A stretch of 62,230 nucleotides of DNA, the filler included, from Candidatus Delongbacteria bacterium (GTDB taxonomy: Bacteria; UBA4055): assembly GCA_016937995.1 (NCBI GenBank). It is 6 parts of 6 records of this genome, joined end to end, with 100 filler letters (N's around TTAATTAATTAA, not from the genome) between each part and the next. Parts side by side here need not be neighbours in the genome. Positions count along the whole stretch, not along the records: positions 35,732 to 45,481 come from JAFGVM010000070.1; positions 45,582 to 52,848 come from JAFGVM010000073.1; 4 more parts are not named here. One strand, written 5' to 3'. The first letter of the stretch is position 1, and each line of letters begins with the position of its first letter. Positions 41,739-49,440 of the stretch are shown one piece after another. The translations under genes were made by a program, and so were the position numbers. The notes beneath the pieces are model-generated. The model was not told the origin of the DNA and made no database searches. It saw nothing but the letters and a program-made list of their open reading frames with translations.

Positions 41739-43112
41739 ATGTCTAAATTGTTAAAGAAGTACATGGACCTTTTACAATCTAAAGATCCAAATCAGCCTGA
41801 ATTTATTCAAGCTGCTCAAGAAGTAATCGAAACGATCATTCCTGTTCTTGAAAAACATCCGGAATACGTAGAAGCTAAGATCGTTGAAAGAATGATTGAG
41901 CCTGAAAGAGCTTTCCAGTTCAGAGTTCCTTGGGTAGATGATAAAGGTGTTGTTCAGGTTAACAGAGCTTTCCGTGTTGAGTATAACAGTGCTATTGGTC
42001 CTTACAAAGGCGGATTAAGATTTCATCCAAGTGTAAACTTAAGTATCCTTAAGTTTTTAGGATTCGAGCAGGTATTTAAGAACAGTCTTACTACTCTTCC
42101 TATGGGTGGTGGTAAAGGTGGATCTGACTTTGATCCAAAAGGTAAATCTGACAACGAAGTTATGGCTTTCTGCCAAAGCTTCATGAGCGAGCTTTTCAGA
42201 CACATTGGCCCTAATACTGACGTTCCTGCCGGTGATATCGGAGTTGGTGGAAGAGAGATCGGTTATATGTTCGGACAATATAAAAAATTAAGAAATGAAT
42301 TCACTGGTGTTCTTACCGGAAAAGGAAGAAACTGGGGTGGTTCACTAATAAGACCTGAAGCAACTGGTTACGGTGAAGTTTATTTTGCTCAAAATATGCT
42401 AGCTGAGAAAAAAGATTCTCTAAAAGGTAAAATTTGTGTCGTTAGTGGATCAGGAAACGTTACTCAATACTGTATCGAAAAAGCTAATGAACTTGGTGCT
42501 AAATGTATTTCTGTTTCTGATTCTTCAGGTACTATCATCGATATGGAAGGTATCAGTGGAAAGAAATGGGATTTCCTAATGGAATTAAAGAACGTTAAAC
42601 GTGGAAGAGTTGAAGAATTCGCTAAGAAATTCAAGAGCTGTAAATACTATCCTGGCAAAAGTGTATGGGATGTAGTTGTTGAACAAAAGATCAAACTTGA
42701 CGTTGCATTCCCATCAGCAACACAGAACGAGATCACAGGAAAGCACGCAAAAGCTATGTTAAAGCAAGGTTTAAAACTTGTTTCTGAAGGTGCTAACATG
42801 CCTTCACTTCCTGAAGCTCAAGAAGAATACATCAAAGCTAAGATCATGTATGGACCTGCAAAAGCAGCTAACGCTGGTGGAGTTGCAGTTTCCGGACTTG
42901 AAATGAGCCAGAACTCTCTAAGAATGAACTGGACTAGAGAAGAAGTTGATAATCATCTAAAAAGAATCATGAAAGATATCCATGATAACTCTAAAGAAGC
43001 AGCTTTGAAGTATTTACCAAAAGAAAAAGGATTCATCAACTATATGGCTGGTGCTAATATCGCCGGTTTCATTAAAGTTGCTGATTCTATGATGGATCAA
43101 GGTGTTGTTTAA
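41739..43112 (+). CDS. gdhA: NAD(P)-specific glutamate dehydrogenase
   Basis: GPYKGGLRFHP, GGGKGG, DVPAGDIG, RPEATG, EGANMP motifs. Confidence 0.97.
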   Translation: MSKLLKKYMDLLQSKDPNQPEFIQAAQEVIETIIPVLEKHPEYVEAKIVERMIEPERAFQFRVPWVDDKGVVQVNRAFRVEYNSAIGPYKGGLRFHPSVNLSILKFLGFEQVFKNSLTTLPMGGGKGGSDFDPKGKSDNEVMAFCQSFMSELFRHIGPNTDVPAGDIGVGGREIGYMFGQYKKLRNEFTGVLTGKGRNWGGSLIRPEATGYGEVYFAQNMLAEKKDSLKGKICVVSGSGNVTQYCIEKANELGAKCISVSDSSGTIIDMEGISGKKWDFLMELKNVKRGRVEEFAKKFKSCKYYPGKSVWDVVVEQKIKLDVAFPSATQNEITGKHAKAMLKQGLKLVSEGANMPSLPEAQEEYIKAKIMYGPAKAANAGGVAVSGLEMSQNSLRMNWTREEVDNHLKRIMKDIHDNSKEAALKYLPKEKGFINYMAGANIAGFIKVADSMMDQGVV

Positions 43113-43137
43113 TTAACATATTTTGAACCGAATCTTA

Positions 43138-43167
43138 AAGGGCTGATCATCATTCAGCCCTTTTTTA
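43138..43167 (+). terminator. Rho-independent terminator
   Basis: AAAGGGCTGA-TCATCAT-TCAGCCCTTT plus T-run. Confidence 0.8.
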
Positions 43168-43214
43168 TTTTAGAATCCCTTCAGCAGAAAAATTAATAAG
43201 CATAAACATTATAG

Positions 43215-43243
43215 TTGCAAAAATATAAGTAGTTATATATATT
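43215..43243 (+). promoter_or_regulatory. Putative promoter of the integrase
   Basis: TTGCAA-17bp-TATATT; AT-rich context lowers specificity. Confidence 0.4.
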
Positions 43244-43276
43244 GATATTTTATAAAATTATATTTGATGTGAAAAT

Positions 43277-44149
43277 ATGAATGAAGAAGCTAAAGAGAAG
43301 TATCTCGATTTATTAAAACTTAAAAATTACAGTAAGGCCACGATAAAGTCTTACGGTCATTGCTTTGATCTGTTTTTGGAACATTTCAAAAATGTTGACA
43401 TTAATAATCTTACTAAAGACGACATCACAAGTTTTCTAATAAAAGAACATGAAAAAGGCTTATCATACGGTTATCAGAATCAGATAATCAATGCAATTAA
43501 GTTTTATTACGAGAAAGTTCTTAAGCAAAAGAGAGAACTTTATGATATCCCAAGAGCAAAAAGACCACAAAAACTTCCAGTTGTTTTCAGCGAAGAAGAA
43601 GTGCTCAAATTGATTGGAAGCATTGATAATTTAAAACATAAATCCATATTATACCTTATTTACTCTGCCGGATTAAGGATCAGTGAAGCAGTGAACATGA
43701 AAATTGCCGATATCGACTCAAAAAGAAATGTAGTGATCGTACGGGGCGGAAAAGGTAAAAAAGACAGGACAACACTTCTTTCAGAGAAATTACTTTTAAT
43801 GTTAAGAAAGTATTATGTACAGTTTAGACCTAAAGATTTTCTGTTTGAAGGAGAAAATGGTGGTCAATATTCTATAAAAAGTATACAGAATGTTTTCAAC
43901 AGGGCATTAACGAGATCTGGGATAAGAAAAAAAGCAACAGTACATTCATTAAGACACAGCTTTGCAACTCATCTACTTGAACACGGGACAGACTTAAGAT
44001 ATATTCAGCAATTACTGGGACATAACAGTTCAAAGACAACAGAGATATATACACACATTACGAAGAAGGGAATGGACAAAATAAAGAGTCCACTAGACAA
44101 CCTAGAAGTACAGGAGAAAAAAACGCCATATGGCGGTTTGCCATTTTAA
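43277..44149 (+). CDS. Tyrosine recombinase, integron-integrase-like but without the IntI-specific insertion
   Basis: SAM-like N-terminus (YS..TIKSY, QNQIINAIKFYY), YSAGLRISE, GKGKKDR, HSLRHSFATHLLE, LLGH..KTTEIYTH; short segment between DR and FLF. Confidence 0.93.
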   Translation: MNEEAKEKYLDLLKLKNYSKATIKSYGHCFDLFLEHFKNVDINNLTKDDITSFLIKEHEKGLSYGYQNQIINAIKFYYEKVLKQKRELYDIPRAKRPQKLPVVFSEEEVLKLIGSIDNLKHKSILYLIYSAGLRISEAVNMKIADIDSKRNVVIVRGGKGKKDRTTLLSEKLLLMLRKYYVQFRPKDFLFEGENGGQYSIKSIQNVFNRALTRSGIRKKATVHSLRHSFATHLLEHGTDLRYIQQLLGHNSSKTTEIYTHITKKGMDKIKSPLDNLEVQEKKTPYGGLPF

Positions 44150-44203
44150 CCAGGCACAAACTGGACAGCAAAACGCCATATGGCGTTTTGCCGCACGTTA
44201 GCT
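44120..44203 (+). other. Putative primary (attI-like) recombination site
   Basis: Direct repeat AAAACGCCATATGGCG(G/T)TTTGCC at 44120 and 44170; 24-bp perfect palindrome 44168-44191; ends in G|TTAGCT. Confidence 0.65.
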
Positions 44204-44314
44204 GAAATACCACACACAAAGGAGCTTTTTTATATGATCTATATTTTAGTTGAAATTAATAAAATATATTTGTACAATTCACTAGAAATCCAGTAATTAT
44301 CAGGAGGAAGTAAG

Positions 44315-44485
44315 ATGCAAAAACTTATCACGATTTATGTAAACGGTTTTAGACTAGAAGAATTTTCTGCTAATGAACATTTAAATAAATATCTTAGTGA
44401 TGGATGGTACATTGTTTCTGTTACGACAGCAGGTTCTGGTGAAAAAGTCAAATGGTTAATAACTGTTGTTTTAGGTAAAGACTGA
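44315..44485 (+). CDS. Small 56-aa protein, DUF4177-like
   Basis: Not in the ORF track; CAGGAGG RBS; MQKLITIYVNGFRLEEFSANEHLNKYLSDGWYIVSVTTAGSGEKVKWLITVVLGKD. Confidence 0.65.
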   Translation: MQKLITIYVNGFRLEEFSANEHLNKYLSDGWYIVSVTTAGSGEKVKWLITVVLGKD

Positions 44486-44492
44486 GCTGTAT

Positions 44493-45308
44493 ATGGCAAT
44501 GTTTATTAATATTTCTTGGCCACAAAACAAAAGGTTGAAAGTAGCAACTTCGGCTCATGCGTTCTCTTTGATACATAATTCTCTGAATACCTCAACTTTT
44601 GTTTCAATGATCGGGAGTGATTTGATTGTTAATGGATTATTTGACATCACGAACCTTGTTCCAGATGTTGATCGATATCGTATTTTGTCAAATGTACTAT
44701 CTTCACATAATAATTGTACGGTTTGTCCAAATAATAATAACTTTAAAGATATATTACCCAGCCAGTCATCCTCTTTTGATAAAACGATTGTTCTAGTTAT
44801 CGAATCACCTCACGATCATGAATTTATCTATTTAAATAATAATCTTGTCCCAATTGCACCCGCACAAGCTAATAAGAAAAAAAGAGGGGCTGGATTCGCT
44901 ATAGAAAATTATTTGAAATGTAACATCCTATCACAGATATCAAACTATCCACAACATAATGTCAGAATTATTATAGCTAATCCAATTCAATTTCAGACTT
45001 CGTTATTTGTAATTCATAAGAAAGGCGGTCGAATAGCAAAAGATCTTAGAAATTCGGTTTGGCAAGCCCTATGGCGTCAAAAAAATATTCGGGCCAATTT
45101 TTTTGATAGATTAAAATGCTATGAGCCGGATTTAATAATTAATTCTTGTACTGGGGGTCAAGATAAACGTGGTAGCTTGAATTATTTTATTAGTAAATTT
45201 CTTGTCCAGCACAGTTTTAGCTATATTTCTTATAAAACAGGTCATCCTTCATCTGTATGGTACAGAACAATAAACGGTCGTCCTTTTGCGAAGGTAACAA
45301 AAATATAG
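44493..45308 (+). CDS. Hypothetical protein, possible uracil-DNA glycosylase superfamily fold
   Basis: IVLVIESP, PDLII and GHPSS motifs in the order expected for UDG-like proteins. Confidence 0.55.
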   Translation: MAMFINISWPQNKRLKVATSAHAFSLIHNSLNTSTFVSMIGSDLIVNGLFDITNLVPDVDRYRILSNVLSSHNNCTVCPNNNNFKDILPSQSSSFDKTIVLVIESPHDHEFIYLNNNLVPIAPAQANKKKRGAGFAIENYLKCNILSQISNYPQHNVRIIIANPIQFQTSLFVIHKKGGRIAKDLRNSVWQALWRQKNIRANFFDRLKCYEPDLIINSCTGGQDKRGSLNYFISKFLVQHSFSYISYKTGHPSSVWYRTINGRPFAKVTKI

Positions 45309-45337
45309 GATAATATCTCTCAGTGTGTGGTACTTGC

Positions 45338-45409
45338 AGCTAACATTGGAAAAATGACTTGACCCGAGTTATATTTTATCTAGTGAGCTTTTTTCCATGA
45401 CCGTTATGA
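45338..45409 (+). other. attC-like hairpin site, copy 1
   Basis: AGCTAACATTGGAAAAA...TTTTTCCATGACCG|TTATGA. Confidence 0.8.
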
Positions 45410-45481
45410 TCAATTGCAACTTTAAATAACGGTAGAGGAGGTAGAAGATGTTATACAAGCCTATTTAACCCGATTAAAAAA

Positions 45482-45581
45482 NNNNNNNNNNNNNNNNNNN
45501 NNNNNNNNNNNNNNNNNNNNNNNNNTTAATTAATTAANNNNNNNNNNNNNNNNNNNNNNNNNNNNNNNNNNNNNNNNNNNN
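45482..45581. other. Artificial contig spacer
   Basis: N44-TTAATTAATTAA-N44. Confidence 0.99.
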
Positions 45582-46069
45582 AGATCAAAATCCTCTTTGC
45601 TAAGGTCGAACAGATCAAATTCTTCAAATTCATTCGTATAGTCTATGTAAAACCTGAGCTTCTGAAAGTTTGAAGTTATGACATATTTACAACCATCCTG
45701 ATTATTCTTATACCCGAAAGCCTGTTCAGTGATAAGCTTCAAATCCTTCGTCTTAGTAGATTTAAGCTCAATAACAGCAACAGCTTTCTCATCCTTCAAA
45801 ATTGCACCGTCAGCTTTCCTACCATCAGACTGATTCTTATGCTCACGAACAAGGTTGAAATTATCAGCAGGCTTCAAAGTATAACCCAGAACATCCACGA
45901 ATAAGTCACGCAGAAAACCGTCCTGATACTCCTCTTCCTTAAGCTCCTTTATCTGCTCTATCTTAGAATGTGAGAAGTTTTTCTGAAATACCTCGTAGGC
46001 TTCGCTGACCTTGGTTTTATCAAGATGTTTAAGGAACTGCTTAATTACCGATTTTTGAAACAATGGCAT
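45582..46069 (-). CDS. Fused restriction-modification enzyme (type IIG/Eco57I-like), N-terminal nuclease domain, cut by the contig end
   Basis: KEEEYQDGFL, ADGAI...VIELK PD-(D/E)xK motif, QAFGYK, ITSNFQKLRFY. Confidence 0.8.
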
Positions 46070-46113
46070 TGTATTATTTCCTTATTGTCTAGAGACTCAC
46101 AGGCAATTAGCCT

Positions 46114-46322
46114 GACAAGGGGATATATCCCCTTGTTGAGTCTCGATTGTTTTGTCATTGCGAGGATTTCAATGAAATCCGTGGCAATCTTGTTTTGCGT
46201 AAAAGCCGTTGCGGGGCAACGTCTTTACTTCATTCCCCTCCCCTGGAGGTGTGTCAGCCACAGGCTGACGGGGTGGTCACGTGTGCCGCGTTGTCCGGGG
46301 ACGAATGGGAATCGTCCCCTAC
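46114..46322. repeat. Mosaic of palindromic repeats
   Basis: Units matching 14475-14511, 14533-14558, 25370-25415 (reverse) and 25460-25485. Confidence 0.75.
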
Positions 46323-46497
46323 TTGCCACTTATCACTTACAACGTACCACTGTATTTTTATACTTTTCAATACTTATAAAGAATATATCTATGATATAAT
46401 GTTTGTGCAAATGATTTTATTATAAAAAGAGTCTCGGGTTGCGGGTTGTGCATCTTTTGACTTACCCGGCACTAAAAGTGGTTTCAACCTTCGGGAT

Positions 46498-46527
46498 AAA
46501 AAAAAAGCGAGTCTCTCAACTCGCTTT
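46498..46527 (-). terminator. Terminator after tRNA-Leu(TAG)
   Basis: AAAGCGAG...CTCGCTTT hairpin with T-run on the minus strand. Confidence 0.75.
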
Positions 46528-46531
46528 AACG

Positions 46532-46613
46532 TGCGGGTAAAGGGATTCGAACCCCCACACCCAAAGGCACCAGATCCTAAGTCTGGCGTGTCTGCCAATT
46601 CCACCATACCCGC
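46532..46613 (-). tRNA. tRNA-Leu(TAG)
   Basis: Cloverleaf; anticodon arm CCAGA-CTTAGGA-TCTGG; long variable arm. Confidence 0.95.
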
Positions 46614-47004
46614 AGCAGAGGCAAATATATATTTTTGAAATTTTATTGTCAAGGTTTTTTTTGACAATATAATACTCCGGTTAACAATACGGATTTATTC
46701 ATCAACTATGTTGATAAATTCAAAAATTGAAATTTTATTGTCAAGGTTTTTTTTGACAAATAGGATCTTTTGACTTTCACTTGAGAATTGGACATTCCTG
46801 CCTGTCCCGATTTATCGGGAGATATTCAAAACAGATTCTGAATCAAGTCCGAGTATAAATTTTTATTCCTTTATCTCTTAGCGGCTTTGTGATAAACTGT
46901 TTTGCATGGTTTTCTGCGAATAAATATAATTTGCTTTTAACATATCATTATAATAAATTATCCGTGGAAATTAACAGAAAACTATTAAGTATTTTGGAGC
47001 AAAC

Positions 47005-48543
47005 ATGCTTGAAAAGATAAAACAACTTGCAGAAAAAATAGGTATTCTTAAAAAGGGCGGTGGACAGGAAAAATTAGAAAAAAGAAGAGAAAAGGGCCTT
47101 TTGACCGCACGTGACAGGATCGAGCAACTTTTAGATAAGGGAACATTTAATGAAATAGATCTTTTCGTGGAACATCAGGGAAGAGATTTTGGACTGGACA
47201 AGCAAACTCTGGCAGGTGACGGAGTAATTACAGGTTACGGAAAAATAGAAGGAAGACCTGTTTGTGTATTCGCACAGGATTTTACTGTGGCAGGTGGTTC
47301 ACTCGGCAGAATGCATGCTGCTAAGATAACAAAAGTAATGGATATCGCTTCTAATATGGGCGTACCTATTATAGGAATAAATGACTCCGGTGGTGCAAGG
47401 ATCCAGGAAGGTGTGGACTCTTTAGCGGGATACGGAGAAATATTTTACAGAAATACTCTGAACAGTGGAAAAATACCTCAAATATCAGTAATAATGGGAC
47501 CTTGTGCCGGTGGTGCTGTTTATTCACCTGCGATCACCGACTTTGTGTTCATGACAGATAAATTATCAAAGATGTTCATAACCGGACCAAAAGTTATCGA
47601 ATCTGTACTTAACGAAAAGATCGATGCTGAAACACTTGGCGGTGCAAGAGTTCATAACGAGCTTACAGGTAACGCTCACTTCTTCTCAAGCACAGAACAT
47701 GAAACTCTTGATCAGATAAAAAAATTACTGAGATTCTTACCGTCAGCCTGGGATAAACCTGTTCCTGCAGTTGCACCAAAACCTCCGAAAACACATAAGA
47801 AAATTCATGATATAGTACCTGAAGACTCTAAGATAGGTTTTGATGTAAAAGAACTGATAGCTTATCTTGTAGATGATTCCTATTTCATGGAAGTTCAGGA
47901 GTTATTCGCTCCCAATATCGTAACAGGATTCGCTCATATGGACGGGAAATCGATCGGTATCGTTGCAAATAATCCTGCAAAAATGGCCGGTGTTCTTGAT
48001 GTTGACTCCAGTGATAAGGCAGCAAGATTCGTAAGATTCTGTGACTGCTTCAATATCCCTATTCTAACTCTTGTTGACCTTCCTGGATATTTACCTGGTA
48101 TCGATCAGGAGCATTTTGGAGTTATCAGACACGGTGCCAAATTACTTTACGCATACTCTGAAGCGACAGTTCCTACTGTTACAGTCGTGATCAGAAAAGC
48201 ATTTGGTGGCGGATATATTGCAATGGCTTCAAAGCACTTGAGAACGGATTTTGTTTACGCATGGCCTACTGCTGAGATAGCAGTTATGGGCGCTGAAGGT
48301 GCTTGTAATGTAGTTTTTGCTAAAGAGATCGCAGAGGCAAAAAATCCTGAAGCTGTAAGACAACAGAAGATCAAAGAGTATAAAGACAAGTATTCAAATC
48401 CTTACAATGCAGCTTCAAAAGCTTATATTGACGCTATTATTAATCCTGAGGATACAAGAAAACAGATCATTACTTCCTTTGAACTGGCTCAGAACAAAGA
48501 ATACGTCAAGAAAAAGCATAAGCATGGTTCAATACCGTTATAA
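47005..48543 (+). CDS. Acyl-CoA carboxylase/decarboxylase carboxyltransferase subunit (PccB/MmdA family)
   Basis: GDGVITG, DSGGARIQEG, GPCAGGAVYSPA, AWPTAEIAVMG, KHGSIPL motifs. Confidence 0.95.
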   Translation: MLEKIKQLAEKIGILKKGGGQEKLEKRREKGLLTARDRIEQLLDKGTFNEIDLFVEHQGRDFGLDKQTLAGDGVITGYGKIEGRPVCVFAQDFTVAGGSLGRMHAAKITKVMDIASNMGVPIIGINDSGGARIQEGVDSLAGYGEIFYRNTLNSGKIPQISVIMGPCAGGAVYSPAITDFVFMTDKLSKMFITGPKVIESVLNEKIDAETLGGARVHNELTGNAHFFSSTEHETLDQIKKLLRFLPSAWDKPVPAVAPKPPKTHKKIHDIVPEDSKIGFDVKELIAYLVDDSYFMEVQELFAPNIVTGFAHMDGKSIGIVANNPAKMAGVLDVDSSDKAARFVRFCDCFNIPILTLVDLPGYLPGIDQEHFGVIRHGAKLLYAYSEATVPTVTVVIRKAFGGGYIAMASKHLRTDFVYAWPTAEIAVMGAEGACNVVFAKEIAEAKNPEAVRQQKIKEYKDKYSNPYNAASKAYIDAIINPEDTRKQIITSFELAQNKEYVKKKHKHGSIPL

Positions 48544-48555
48544 CAATCTATTGTA

Positions 48556-48891
48556 ATGAAAAAAGAAACTCAGGGATACTATATGTCAGATCACTTAGAA
48601 ATAAACGGTATTAAATATAAAACTGAATTAACTCAGAAATATTTAGACCGCAAAGGTTATAAGTTAAAGAAAAATAATGATATTAGAGCTTTTATACCGG
48701 GATTGATCCACAAGATATTCTGCAAACCCGGAGACCGTATAAAACCAAATACACCGATAATATCACTTGAAGCTATGAAAATGTATAATAATATCACTTT
48801 GATAGATGAGATTATTATTCAGGATGTTCTGGTAAAGATCGGGGATTCGGTTGAGAAAGATCAGATACTGGTCACTTACAAACCTGTTTAA
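48556..48891 (+). CDS. Biotin carboxyl carrier protein
   Basis: LEAMKM biotinylation motif. Confidence 0.9.
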   Translation: MKKETQGYYMSDHLEINGIKYKTELTQKYLDRKGYKLKKNNDIRAFIPGLIHKIFCKPGDRIKPNTPIISLEAMKMYNNITLIDEIIIQDVLVKIGDSVEKDQILVTYKPV

Positions 48892-48896
48892 AATAA

Positions 48897-48927
48897 AAGA
48901 TCCCTGATTCTATCAGGGATTTTTTTT
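48897..48927 (+). terminator. Rho-independent terminator
   Basis: ATCCCTGAT-TCT-ATCAGGGAT plus T-run. Confidence 0.8.
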
Positions 48928-48934
48928 AATTTTC

Positions 48935-49318
48935 TTAATCCTTTAGATGCTTTTCAATATTTTTCAATTTTTTTGAAATATCATTTACTCTGAATTCGAT
49001 CGAATTCAATATCCAGAATTGAAAATGCTCAACCTTAGTCTGTTTATGGATCATCCATATTATCTTGATCGATACCAGCAGCAGCCCAATTTCGAGAGAA
49101 AATAACGGTGGTAGAGCTGTTTCAACATTAAAAAAATGTCTTAGAACATCCAGAACAAAAAATACAATCAAAAATACAATGAACAGAACGTTGAAGATTC
49201 GGTCATACTGATTTAATGTCTTCCCTCCGATAGTTCCGATAATATTTTTAATTTTTTCCTTTTCTTTCTTATACTGCTCAAGTTCTTCCTGTAAGGCTTT
49301 CATTTCTTTTTCACTCAA
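48935..49318 (-). CDS. Hypothetical membrane protein (2 TM, coiled-coil ends)
   Basis: GAGGGAG RBS; two hydrophobic helices; HFQFWILNSIEFR segment. Confidence 0.7.
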   Translation of the reverse strand: MSEKEMKALQEELEQYKKEKEKIKNIIGTIGGKTLNQYDRIFNVLFIVFLIVFFVLDVLRHFFNVETALPPLFSLEIGLLLVSIKIIWMIHKQTKVEHFQFWILNSIEFRVNDISKKLKNIEKHLKD

Positions 49319-49440
49319 AATAACTCCCTCTATTGTTTGAAATTGATCGACCTATACAATATACGAAATTTCAACTGATGAATTAATGTAAAATTTTAGT
49401 TATATTTATCTTGTATAAGTGTACTTAATAGAGATCTACT

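Larger units (their letters stand above)
44198..45403 (+). mobile_element. Gene cassette 1 (about 1.2 kb, two ORFs)
   Basis: Starts G|TTAGCTGAAATACCACACAC, ends with the complementary GTGTGTGGTACTTGCAGCTAAC followed by the hairpin site. Confidence 0.75.

Noticed and set aside
43277-44149. Calling the recombinase intI or xerC/xerD
   Set aside because: Lacks the IntI-specific insertion; its N-terminus and cassette context do not fit chromosomal Xer, so no symbol was given
46025-46425. Two ORFs of 124 and 92 aa
   Set aside because: They read through a mosaic of palindromic repeats; no protein-like features
46389-46667. 92-aa ORF
   Set aside because: Translation of the tRNA-Leu(TAG) gene and its flanks
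47005-48891. Carboxyltransferase plus biotin carrier without biotin carboxylase as a novel system
   Set aside because: Split arrangements are common and partner subunits may lie elsewhere in the genome
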